A DNA stretch of 22,246 bases from Armatimonadota bacterium (GTDB taxonomy: Bacteria; Armatimonadota; UBA5829; DTLH01): NCBI GenBank assembly GCA_039680575.1, contig JBDKSP010000070.1:1-22246 (forward strand), in the 5' to 3' direction. The position numbers and the translations under genes were made by a program. The notes beneath the pieces are model-generated. The model was not told the DNA's origin and made no database searches. It saw only the letters and a program-made list of their open reading frames with translations. Below, one piece after another: positions 7,999-16,670 of the stretch (its first letter is position 1; each line of letters starts with the position of its first letter).

Positions 7999-9381
7999 AT
8001 GATAGGAATTACCAACTGCTTATCTACACTTTTTGTCCCGATTCTAGGCTCGCTGGAATATGTATATATCGCAGCATCGATCCTCGTCGGGATAGCCTTC
8101 CTGTTTTTGCTCACCAGAGTGCCGAACCGATGGCGCAGGCCCATAATTATCGGAGTCACATTCGTAGCAGGATGGTTCTACTTCATCGAGTTTATCATCC
8201 CGTCAAGCAGCGAGATGGCGGTTGTTCGCAAGGAGACTCTTGTTGCCGAACGATTGATCCGCCGGGCTGCAAACGATGTTAGCGTGATTGAGAGGCAAGT
8301 AGCAGCGCACAAAGATGTCAGCCCCACCGCCAGTTCCCAGCGAACTGCCAGTGCTGATAAAGACCTGAGCGCCGCGCTTGTTCATTTGAGTAAGATAAAA
8401 TCGGAGCTTGAAAGGGCTAAACCGCGATTCGACAGCAGGATAGAGTCCGAGCTGAAAAAGACCGATGCGTTCGCAAAAAACAACCATCTGACGGATGCAA
8501 TGGTTGTTCGAGATGAATATAACGGTAAGTCCGTAATCGTCAACGGAAAAGTAAAATCGTTGATGAAACGATCGAATGATATAAACAATGCTTACGACAG
8601 CATTACCAAGCCGTTTCCTCCTAAGGGCGAGAAATGGGCAGCCGGAGCTATTGCTCTTGTCGAGAGTGCGAAATCAAAGTTGGGAGGCATAACCCAACCA
8701 GAAAGCAACCTTGCAGGCAGCCTCAATAGTGCCGCCGAACAGACAGCGGCGGCAAGGACGTCTGCGATTGCGGACAACTTCCTGTCTCCCTACAAATTGC
8801 CGCTGGCCACTGTTAACCAGGTTGTCGGGTCTTTCGCATTCGCGATGGGGCTTTTTGGACTGTTCTCTATCCATGGTAAGGCTATCACCAAGAAGAAGAA
8901 GGGTTGGTACAACAGTCTGGCATTTTTCATCGCTATAGCGACAATGACGGTCCTGGGGCTCATGAAGACATATATCACAGGCGGATCGTTAGTCGGTCAG
9001 TTTTCTCGCTCGGCATACAGAATGTTGTTCGAGGGCGGGTTGACTGCGCTGCAGTCGACTATGTTCTCTCTCGTCGCATTCTATATAGTATCAGCAGCCT
9101 ACAGAGCATTCAGGATCAGGTCGGTGGATGCAGTGATTATGCTGGCATCGGCGTTTTTGGTTATGCTGTCGGTTGTTCCAGTCGGAATGTATTTGACGCA
9201 TGGATTGGGCGGCAACTTGGCGTTTCTCAGGTTGGAGAATATAGGCGACTGGATTATGACGATTCCGAATATGGCCGCACAGCGCGGAATGCAGTTCGGT
9301 ATAACCGTCGGCGGACTGGCGATGGCTCTGCGAATATGGTTGAGCCTTGAGCGCGGCAGCTATTTCGATAAGCAGTTGTAA
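7999..9381 (+). CDS. Multi-pass membrane protein with a large soluble helical insert (DUF6754-cluster subunit)
   Basis: Two N-terminal TMs, a soluble region of about 190 aa, then several TMs. Motifs GWYNS, STMFSLVAFYIVSAAYRAFRIRS, PNMAAQRGMQFG, LRIWLSLER. Confidence 0.88.
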   Translation: MIGITNCLSTLFVPILGSLEYVYIAASILVGIAFLFLLTRVPNRWRRPIIIGVTFVAGWFYFIEFIIPSSSEMAVVRKETLVAERLIRRAANDVSVIERQVAAHKDVSPTASSQRTASADKDLSAALVHLSKIKSELERAKPRFDSRIESELKKTDAFAKNNHLTDAMVVRDEYNGKSVIVNGKVKSLMKRSNDINNAYDSITKPFPPKGEKWAAGAIALVESAKSKLGGITQPESNLAGSLNSAAEQTAAARTSAIADNFLSPYKLPLATVNQVVGSFAFAMGLFGLFSIHGKAITKKKKGWYNSLAFFIAIATMTVLGLMKTYITGGSLVGQFSRSAYRMLFEGGLTALQSTMFSLVAFYIVSAAYRAFRIRSVDAVIMLASAFLVMLSVVPVGMYLTHGLGGNLAFLRLENIGDWIMTIPNMAAQRGMQFGITVGGLAMALRIWLSLERGSYFDKQL

Positions 9382-9391
9382 GGAGTTTGGA

Positions 9392-10270
9392 ATGAAATTC
9401 TTGATGAATCTCCAGAATATAGACCGTAGAATAATGTATATCCTGCTTATTGTGGTGGTTGCTATTCCGCTCTATCTGAAATGGAACCAGCCGATAGCTG
9501 TAACGCCCGAAGTAAAATCGCTGTACAACACGGTAGAGAAGATAAAAAACGACAGGATAGAAAAAGGCGAGTACAAGGTAGGTATTATCTCCGTATCATG
9601 GGGAGCCGGAACACTTGCAGAGAACAAGTCCCAGACGGAAGCTGCCGCCAGGCACATGTTCAAAGACGGGATTCCGATAATCCTTCTTCCCTGGGACCAG
9701 CAGGGCAATACGATTGCAACAGAGTCTATTAAGCGGATTGCTGAGGAAATGGGGAAGGAATACGGGAAAGACTGGGTTAGTACCGGCTGGCGGCCATTTG
9801 GTCAAATGGCGCAGATTATACAGAGCCTGCCGCGCGGAGTGTCCGATACGCTCGGTAAGGACATGTACGGTACACCGCTTAAAGATATACCGATGATGAA
9901 AGATGTGAAGGACTATAAAAATATAGGTATCGTGATGGAAGCCACAGGATCAGGCACTGTGGGGTTATGGATCAACTACTTTGGTCAAACTACAGGAGTG
10001 CCTGTTGCATACTTGCCGACTGCTGTGAATGGACCGGAAGGATACAACATGCTGGACGCAGGTCAGATCTGCGGTATGATGCCCGGTCTGATAGGCGCAG
10101 CAAAATATGAGACGCAATTGGCAAAGGATAATCGTGATCTCAAAACAACGGACACCTTTGCGCTTCGCGGCGCGAATGCACTCTCGACTTCACATCTGTT
10201 GATTATCCTGCTTATTATACTCGGCAATATCGGTTATTTTATGTCGCAGTCGCGACGGCAGTTGATGTAG
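9392..10270 (+). CDS. Membrane-anchored alpha/beta protein (DUF6754-cluster subunit)
   Basis: ATG 9392 follows AGGAG (9381-9385). IDRRIMY + TM, YGKDWVSTGW, AGQICGMMPGLIGAAKYE, C-terminal TM HLLIILLIILGNI. Confidence 0.88.
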   Translation: MKFLMNLQNIDRRIMYILLIVVVAIPLYLKWNQPIAVTPEVKSLYNTVEKIKNDRIEKGEYKVGIISVSWGAGTLAENKSQTEAAARHMFKDGIPIILLPWDQQGNTIATESIKRIAEEMGKEYGKDWVSTGWRPFGQMAQIIQSLPRGVSDTLGKDMYGTPLKDIPMMKDVKDYKNIGIVMEATGSGTVGLWINYFGQTTGVPVAYLPTAVNGPEGYNMLDAGQICGMMPGLIGAAKYETQLAKDNRDLKTTDTFALRGANALSTSHLLIILLIILGNIGYFMSQSRRQLM

Positions 10271-10282
10271 GAGGCGATGGCA

Positions 10283-11083
10283 ATGAGTGGGATCATAAGT
10301 TATATGTCAAATCATGTGGTCGGTATCTCTACCGCACTAGGTGTGATCTGTACGCTGGCCATTTTCTCCATACTTTACAAGGAGAACCCTTATTACAGGC
10401 TTTTCGAGCACATATTTATCGGGCTAGCCTGCGGACAGGGTGTATACATGACTTGGACCGACATGCTCAAACCCAAGTGGTGGGATGTTATGTTCGTTCA
10501 AGGACAGTGGTGGTGGGCTCTTGCGCTTCCTGCCGGACTGATGTTTTATTTTGTCTTCAGTAAGAAGAATGCATGGATAAGCAAACTCATGTTTGGGTTC
10601 CTTATGGGACTCGGTGCAGGAATGGCGTTCCAGGACTTCGCCAATACGACGATCCCGCAGGTGCGAGGATCGTTCAAGCCTGTAATACCCGCGCCAGGTA
10701 TCCCGACAACTGAAGCGATAAACAACTTCGTATTCGTGTTTATCCTGATCACCATTATGTCTTATTTCTTCTTCTCGATAGACCATAAGACAAAGACCAT
10801 GCGGGGGTCAGCAAAGCTCGGTAGATGGTTCCTGATGTTCGCGTTCGGCGCAATGTTCGGATCGACCGTTATGGCGAGGATGGCTCTCTTCATAGGGAGA
10901 TTGGATTACCTGATCAGTTGGGGGACATCGGTCTCTTTACTGGGATGGATTATAACGATTGGAATAATTGCCCTCATATTGATCTTATACTTCCTCTTCA
11001 GACCGCAGCCGCCTAAGAAGATGGAAGGGGTTTATGCCGGAGAGCCGGCTAAGGAATTGCCCGCTGAGGCTACTGAATCATAA
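10283..11083 (+). CDS. Multi-pass membrane protein (DUF6754-cluster subunit)
   Basis: AGGAGG RBS favours ATG 10283 (alternative 10277). Motifs TLAIFSILYKENPYYRLFEHIFIG, SYFFFS, GRWFLMFAFGAMFGSTVMARM. Confidence 0.88.
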   Translation: MSGIISYMSNHVVGISTALGVICTLAIFSILYKENPYYRLFEHIFIGLACGQGVYMTWTDMLKPKWWDVMFVQGQWWWALALPAGLMFYFVFSKKNAWISKLMFGFLMGLGAGMAFQDFANTTIPQVRGSFKPVIPAPGIPTTEAINNFVFVFILITIMSYFFFSIDHKTKTMRGSAKLGRWFLMFAFGAMFGSTVMARMALFIGRLDYLISWGTSVSLLGWIITIGIIALILILYFLFRPQPPKKMEGVYAGEPAKELPAEATES

Positions 11084-11102
11084 GCTATCATAGATCTGCT
11101 GT

Positions 11103-11137
11103 AAAAGGACGGAGTCGAAAAATTCCGTCCTTTTTTT
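11103..11137 (+). terminator. Rho-independent terminator
   Basis: AAAA-GGACGGAGT-CGAAAA-ATTCCGTCC-TTTTTTT, about 20 nt after the last operon gene. Confidence 0.9.
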
Positions 11138-11216
11138 ATGTACATCCGTTTCACTGCCGGGCTTGAGGGGTAGCATCAAAAGCGAATGGACAAATAAAGA
11201 ATCACCAAGCTGAGGG

Positions 11217-11576
11217 ATGCATATGGACGAAATGGATATGCTGCTCGCGGAGGCTGCATCGTTTGCCGATGATGTGATAGCGGATCTTGACCGGGTTTCG
11301 GAAACTGACTCGCCCGATGATGCGAAGGAGGCCGTGCATGAGGCACTGCGTTTGGGCGAAGGGATGATGAACAGGCTGGAAGATGCTCTGGACCTTGTGG
11401 AGTCTGAAGAGGACCAGTCACGCATCGAAATGGCTATCGTGAATATGGAAGACGCCTTGGACTCGGGACATCTGGCGCTGACATCGGACAACCCCGTAAA
11501 AGACCTGGAAAATATGCGGTCAAAGGTGGAAGAAGCTGTTGTACAGTTATCAGCTTACGAGGAGATCTATGAATAG
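11217..11576 (+). CDS. Highly acidic helical hypothetical protein
   Basis: D/E-rich ORF of about 119 aa. The GAGGG RBS may favour ATG 11223. Converges on the phosphorylase gene. Confidence 0.75.
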   Translation: MHMDEMDMLLAEAASFADDVIADLDRVSETDSPDDAKEAVHEALRLGEGMMNRLEDALDLVESEEDQSRIEMAIVNMEDALDSGHLALTSDNPVKDLENMRSKVEEAVVQLSAYEEIYE

Positions 11577-11586
11577 CAGCGAACCT

Positions 11587-12354
11587 CTACCTGTTCCTTT
11601 CACAGCGACAGCCTTTATTCACTGGTAAGGATCGGGCGGATTCCAGCAGTGCTCTGGAGAGATGGTCTCCCATGGACGCCATCATCGCCATTACCTCAGA
11701 GTGTGAGAGCGGCATGGGGGATATGCCCGCGGCGTAATTAGTGATGATTGCAATCGCTCCGTAGCAGATGCCCATCTCTCTTGCGAGTATTGCCTCAGGA
11801 ACGGTCGTCATCCCGACGACATCTGCTCCCCACGATCGAAACATAGCGATTTCAGCGGGGGTTTCGTATCTGGGACCATCCGAACGCAGGTAAACGCATG
11901 GGGTTGTCACTTCGAATCCCGATTTTTGTGCCGTAACAAGGAGAGAGTCCGATACTTCAGGGCAGAATGGCTCACTGAAATCGGTATGGACGACTCCATC
12001 AGGCGAATCGAAGAAAGTGACCACACCCTGCCTGGAAAAGTCTATAAAATCAGTCAAAACAGCGGCAGTGCCGGGTGAAAGATCGACGAGAAGCGACCCT
12101 ACAGCCGCCGTACCGATGATCCGTTCCACGCCAAGTTTGCCAAGCGCCGACATTAATGCCTTGTAGTTGATTCGGTGAGGAGGGACGGTGTGACCTCTGC
12201 CATGCCGTGGTGTAAAGAACACCGTCGATCCGTCTATTTCGCCTCTTTGTAATTCTACCGTTCCGTAATCTGTTTCAACTGAATGAGTCTTCCAGGAGCA
12301 AAAGGGTTCAAGCTGTCCCACACCTGATCCTGCAATGATAGCTGCTGTGCTCAT
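11587..12354 (-). CDS. MTAP/purine nucleoside phosphorylase family protein (probably 6-oxopurine or methylthioinosine specific)
   Basis: Motifs IIAGSG, PRHGRGHTVPPHRINY, AVGSL, GPRYETPAE, DVVGMTTVPEAILARE, ITNYAAG. Confidence 0.92.
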   Translation of the reverse strand: MSTAAIIAGSGVGQLEPFCSWKTHSVETDYGTVELQRGEIDGSTVFFTPRHGRGHTVPPHRINYKALMSALGKLGVERIIGTAAVGSLLVDLSPGTAAVLTDFIDFSRQGVVTFFDSPDGVVHTDFSEPFCPEVSDSLLVTAQKSGFEVTTPCVYLRSDGPRYETPAEIAMFRSWGADVVGMTTVPEAILAREMGICYGAIAIITNYAAGISPMPLSHSEVMAMMASMGDHLSRALLESARSLPVNKGCRCERNR

Positions 12355-12474
12355 AGCAATAAAATCGCATGAATCGATGTGTATGTCAACTGTTTCTTCT
12401 TTTTATTAATCCGTTTGGCTTGTCGCCTGGTTGGGAATCAACTGAACAGCCAGGATTTTGGGAGGTAACACCGG

Positions 12475-13356
12475 ATGATTGCAGTTTTTGGAGCAACAGG
12501 AAAAGTCGGAGGCAAAGTAGCTGCTATGCTGCTCGAATCGGGGATCCCGGTTCGGGTAATGGCACGCTCGCCGGAAAAAGCCGCCCCGCTCAAGACTGGA
12601 GGAGCGGAAGTAGTTATCGGTTTACTCCAAAACGGGGATGATATAAAGACCACTCTCGATGGGTGCGACAGCGCATTCCTGATGACTCCCCTGAACAGAG
12701 CCAGTGATAATTACATCGAAGAGGAACTTGCCATCGGCAGGAACTACGGAGCCGCGCTTAAGGACATGGATGTCGGGCATGTGGTTTATCTGTCCGTGAT
12801 CAACGCACGCGATAACACCGGAATCCCCTTCTTCGATTCCAAGGCCGAAGTTGAGGATTCAATCGCCAGGTCGGGTGTAGACACGACATTTCTAAGGCCG
12901 ACCTACTTTATGGAGAACATGTATCAGCAGGTTCCGATTATCCAGCAGTTCGATATGGTCTCATTGCCGCTCCCGGGTGATGTACCGGTCCCTATGGTCG
13001 CAACTGAGGATGTCGCTTATGCCGCTGTTCAGTCACTGATTCGAGGCGGAAGAGGCAGCGAGGCATACGACCTGCTCGCACCGAAAGACTATACCATGCT
13101 TGAAGTTACGGATATTTTCAGCGGAATCATAGGGAGAAAGCTGCGATACAGCGTAGCGACACGCGAGCAGGGCGAGCAGATGGCGATACAGTCGGGGATG
13201 ACGTCCATAGCTGCGCGAGACTATATGAAAATGTTCGATGCCATACTGGACGGAAGGATAGGCGGCGACAGAAACCGCGTGTATGAAGAGTTCAATTTCG
13301 ATCCGACGCCGCTCGAAACAGTTATCGGCACAATGACGGGAATGCTGGCGGTGTAA
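12475..13356 (+). CDS. NmrA-like / atypical SDR NAD(P)-binding protein
   Basis: Rossmann motif VFGATGKVG, plus VVYLS, FLRPTYFMEN and VATEDVA. GGGAGG RBS. Confidence 0.9.
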   Translation: MIAVFGATGKVGGKVAAMLLESGIPVRVMARSPEKAAPLKTGGAEVVIGLLQNGDDIKTTLDGCDSAFLMTPLNRASDNYIEEELAIGRNYGAALKDMDVGHVVYLSVINARDNTGIPFFDSKAEVEDSIARSGVDTTFLRPTYFMENMYQQVPIIQQFDMVSLPLPGDVPVPMVATEDVAYAAVQSLIRGGRGSEAYDLLAPKDYTMLEVTDIFSGIIGRKLRYSVATREQGEQMAIQSGMTSIAARDYMKMFDAILDGRIGGDRNRVYEEFNFDPTPLETVIGTMTGMLAV

Positions 13357-13359
13357 TGC

Positions 13360-13938
13360 CTATTCCTCCGTTATCCGTCTTGCTGCAGCGAGTTTTGCCC
13401 GAACGAGCAGCCTGCCCGATTCTGAACCGAAAAACGGGCGGCCTGTACAGGTTATCAGTGTAAGTGTCGGACTCCGGGTGTCTGCGAGCGCCTGTATATC
13501 GTTCGGGCTTACTACCTCCTGTCCCGTTACTCTGTAGGTATAACTCATTTTCTCGGACTCAAGATTCACTATATCCCCGCTGGATAACCGCGCAAGCCCG
13601 CGAAACCACTTTTCTTTGTGCGCCGCTATACAGCAGTTACCGGGATGACCGGGGTCGGGCGTTCCGGCCATGTGCATCGGTCCCTTATCCAGATCAGACT
13701 CACTGACTTCTTCGACTACCACCGCATCCAGGTCCAACTTCGGTATTATCAATCTGTACCGCTGAGGCTGAAGTGACTGCGTCCCTCTTTTTTGATTATT
13801 GTCCCATATTTTTCGCTCACTCGACTGGAGATTTCCCGCTCGCAGAGACCAAATGATAGGTGTAAACAGGCATATCAACCCTGCAACTATAAGAAATTCC
13901 GCAAAAACCGGTAATTTTGTCAGGCGTAACCCTTGCAT
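13360..13938 (-). CDS. Sortase (class D/E-like)
   Basis: N-terminal TM, LIIPKL, and catalytic His/Cys/Arg in GNCCIAAH, TLTLITC and GRLLVRA. Confidence 0.92.
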   Translation of the reverse strand: MQGLRLTKLPVFAEFLIVAGLICLFTPIIWSLRAGNLQSSERKIWDNNQKRGTQSLQPQRYRLIIPKLDLDAVVVEEVSESDLDKGPMHMAGTPDPGHPGNCCIAAHKEKWFRGLARLSSGDIVNLESEKMSYTYRVTGQEVVSPNDIQALADTRSPTLTLITCTGRPFFGSESGRLLVRAKLAAARRITEE

Positions 13939-13961
13939 ATTGACTGTACCTCATGTATAAT
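13933..13961 (+). promoter_or_regulatory. Putative sigma70 promoter of the C39 peptidase gene
   Basis: TTGCAT (13933-13938), 17-nt spacer, TATAAT (13956-13961). The -35 box overlaps the sortase start codon on the other strand. Confidence 0.65.
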
Positions 13962-14005
13962 GAAAACAGGCGCTGCTTTTTAAGGAACCGCAGTACCGTA
14001 GTAGT

Positions 14006-14779
14006 ATGAAACAATCAAGACCCCTCCTGGTATTATCAATCGCCCTGTCAATGCTTCTGATTGGGGTATTACCCACATTCAGCGAGAAGATTCCTTCGCG
14101 TTGCCTGCTTTCAGGTGTACCGTATGTCAAGCAATTGACCAATTATTGCGGCCCGGCGACTCTTACCACCGTGCTGAAATACTGGCAGGCGGATGCCAAC
14201 CAGGAATCAATCGGTGAGGAAGTATATGACAGCAGCATAAAAGCTACCAATGGCGCTGATATGATGCTGTACGCCCGGAAAAGGGGTTTTTCCGCTTATT
14301 CCTGGAACAGCAGCCTCCCGGACCTCAAAGAAAAACTCACGCTCGGCATCCCTGTAATCGTGCTTCAGGACACGAGTGTTACGGATAGATCAGGGCATTA
14401 TCGCGTTGCTACCGGGTACGATGAGACAGCAGGAGTCGTATATGTGAGCGATCCGTATGAACCGGATAAAAAGCAGATCGACTACGATATGTTCCTGACG
14501 CTTTGGCAGCGGCACGGAAACTGGAGCCTTCTCGTATGTCCGGCTAAACGGGACGTATTCAAGCAGGATCTGGACGAGAAGAACCCTGTAGTCCATATAG
14601 ATCTCGCGTACATCTACTACAAACGCGGTGACAATAAGGCTGCAGAAAGAGAGAGCCGTCTCGCGCTTGCGCTTGAACCTCAGAACTACAGCGCGCAGTT
14701 GCTTTTATCAAAAGCGATAAGCGCTGCCGGAACTCGCAACATGGTAGATAAGTCTGCCGGAAAACAGAAAAATCACTGA
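14006..14779 (+). CDS. Exported C39-like cysteine peptidase with C-terminal TPR
   Basis: Signal peptide, VPYVKQLTNYCGPA (Gln/Cys), GHYRVATGYD (His), VSDP (Asp), and TPR-like LAYIYYKRGDNKAAERESRLALALEP. Confidence 0.88.
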   Translation: MKQSRPLLVLSIALSMLLIGVLPTFSEKIPSRCLLSGVPYVKQLTNYCGPATLTTVLKYWQADANQESIGEEVYDSSIKATNGADMMLYARKRGFSAYSWNSSLPDLKEKLTLGIPVIVLQDTSVTDRSGHYRVATGYDETAGVVYVSDPYEPDKKQIDYDMFLTLWQRHGNWSLLVCPAKRDVFKQDLDEKNPVVHIDLAYIYYKRGDNKAAERESRLALALEPQNYSAQLLLSKAISAAGTRNMVDKSAGKQKNH

Positions 14780-14790
14780 CGTTCGTCTAT

Positions 14791-15312
14791 TCAGATCATC
14801 GTATTTCTTCTCCTCATCGCAATTCCGGCTGCTATCATGGCTCCACCCAGCAATGAAATCCAGCCAAGTTCAATCCCCGCGCGTGGGATCAGTGCACCGT
14901 CCGCTTTTGTGACAGATGAGACCTCTTCTGTGAAGCCGCCTGCAGGAACCAAACTGGAAGAGCCCGGACCGGCTCCGACTCCGGCGGGTGTGGATTGGGT
15001 GGTTGGTTCAGTCATATCGATCTTCGGCACTGTCCGGTTATCAGTTGGGGTCGTTGGTTCAACCACTGTCGGAGGAGCAACTTCCCCGGGTTGTTCCGGC
15101 ACGGGTGTTACTTGTGGTTCTTCAGGTTCTGTCACCGGAGCAGCCGGCGCTTGGACTCCACCGGGTGTGATGGTAGTCGTTCCTCCAACATTTGGCGTCG
15201 GGCCTCCAACATCGGGCGTAGAAACCTGTGCCTGTATTGCTCGCGTGAATACAGGGCTGGTCAAGGATAAAAGAATTACTATTATAACCAGTATATAGAG
15301 TGGATTTCGCAT
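14791..15312 (-). CDS. Pro/Thr-rich surface protein with a sortase-type sorting signal (IPRAG-TM-RRR)
   Basis: N-terminal signal peptide, low-complexity P/T/V/E body, C-terminal IPRAG + hydrophobic helix + RRRN. AGGAGG RBS. Confidence 0.8.
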   Translation of the reverse strand: MRNPLYILVIIVILLSLTSPVFTRAIQAQVSTPDVGGPTPNVGGTTTITPGGVQAPAAPVTEPEEPQVTPVPEQPGEVAPPTVVEPTTPTDNRTVPKIDMTEPTTQSTPAGVGAGPGSSSLVPAGGFTEEVSSVTKADGALIPRAGIELGWISLLGGAMIAAGIAMRRRNTMI

Positions 15313-15696
15313 ATATTCCCTCCTTCGGGAGAATTTCGGCTATAATTGCATCATAGATGAACGGTAATCCTGTACCCGGCAAGGTTTGAGTGTTAAACTA
15401 GGTAATAAACGTCGACAAGGCAGGCTTGTAGATACCAGGCAAGCTATAGAATGTGCAGATGTAGGTAATAATAGGAAAATAATATTAAAAGGGTGAGTGT
15501 TGCCCATGGATAGTGTGAGAAGGTTGTCGTTCTGCCCCGTATTTTCCGCGAACAATACGGGTTTGAGCTGTAGGAGAAGGATCAATACGCGGGATTCCTC
15601 GCTTTACTCAGCTGCTACGTGTTTAGTGGCGGTACATAAAAATGTGTGTAAGTGATAGTATACGGGTAATAACCCAGCCGTAAGGGTGTCATCTAT

Positions 15697-16533
15697 ATGA
15701 GATATATAATCCGGCGAAAAAATGTATTCCTGAATGGGCTGATGCTGTTTGCCATTGTGCTTGCATCACCGTCTGTATTCGCCCATTCGGACAGCATCAC
15801 ATATCAGAAAAGATGGGCTGCAGGGATACCGGTGCATCTGGTAACAGTAAACCTGAACGACGTGGATGTCCGCATGTCGCCTGTCCTTCCACGCTATGGG
15901 GTGGGGCATTCGGAGTTATGGAGCACGATGATCGGGCGCGCGAGGCCGACTGCGGCTATCACCGGCACATATTTCGATACCCGTTCGCTTTACCCGACTG
16001 GAGATATAATGGTTGACGGCGATTTTGCCTGCCGGGGTGTTGTGGGGACAGCCATAGGGTTCGGGTGGAACAATGAAGTCCTGTTTGTGCCGACCAAAAG
16101 GGGAAGGATCAGCGATTGGTCAGCATTTCAGCACATATTGGTCGGTGGACCTGTGCTGGTATGGAACGGTAAGCTGTCCGTAAACCCGCGAGCCCAGGGG
16201 TTCAGAGACTCATCTCTTTTCGCCAAACGTCAAAGGACGGCAATAGGCGTTAATAAGCGCGGTAAACTTTTGTTGGCGGCGGTAACCAGGCCGGTGTACC
16301 TCCGCAAGATTGCAAGGGCTATGCGTGAACTTGGTGCGATAAATGCGGCAGCTCTGGACGGAGGCAGTTCGACAGCGTTATACTATAGAGGCAGGTCTAT
16401 TGTAAAGCCGAGCCGGCGGCTGACTAACCTCCTCGCGGCATACGATGATCCTGTCAGACACAGCGAAGTCAGATATTTACTTGCTCCGGCAACAAACCGT
16501 TATATAGAGCAGCCTGAGTCCACGGAACGTTAG
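15697..16533 (+). CDS. Phosphodiester glycosidase (NAGPA-like) family exported protein
   Basis: Signal peptide and motifs AAITGTYF, GGPVLV, RTAIG, AAALDGGSST. Confidence 0.88.
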   Translation: MRYIIRRKNVFLNGLMLFAIVLASPSVFAHSDSITYQKRWAAGIPVHLVTVNLNDVDVRMSPVLPRYGVGHSELWSTMIGRARPTAAITGTYFDTRSLYPTGDIMVDGDFACRGVVGTAIGFGWNNEVLFVPTKRGRISDWSAFQHILVGGPVLVWNGKLSVNPRAQGFRDSSLFAKRQRTAIGVNKRGKLLLAAVTRPVYLRKIARAMRELGAINAAALDGGSSTALYYRGRSIVKPSRRLTNLLAAYDDPVRHSEVRYLLAPATNRYIEQPESTER

Positions 16534-16670
16534 GGCTTGGTTTGCGTCAATATATATGGTGCATATAGCAGGCGGGCTGTAATTGTTTGCCTGCTGTACC
16601 GACAACAGCTAATGATTTTTGTCTCTGTGCCTAAAACATATTAAAGGATCGCAATTTTGTTAGTAGGTTT

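Noticed and set aside
9347..9391. TTG start extension of the 9347-10270 ORF
   Set aside because: It overlaps the upstream gene, and ATG 9392 has a good AGGAG RBS.
15506..15655. 49-codon Cys-containing small ORF (MDSVRRLSFC...VCK) near the C39 peptidase, considered as a RiPP precursor
   Set aside because: Weak RBS, no double-glycine leader, no modifying enzymes or transporter nearby, and the peptidase is a Sec-exported type.
15385..15696. Riboswitch or ncRNA in the long divergent spacer
   Set aside because: Only scattered short hairpins (e.g. CCCGTATT/AATACGGG). No known riboswitch consensus was recognised, and an Rfam scan would be needed.
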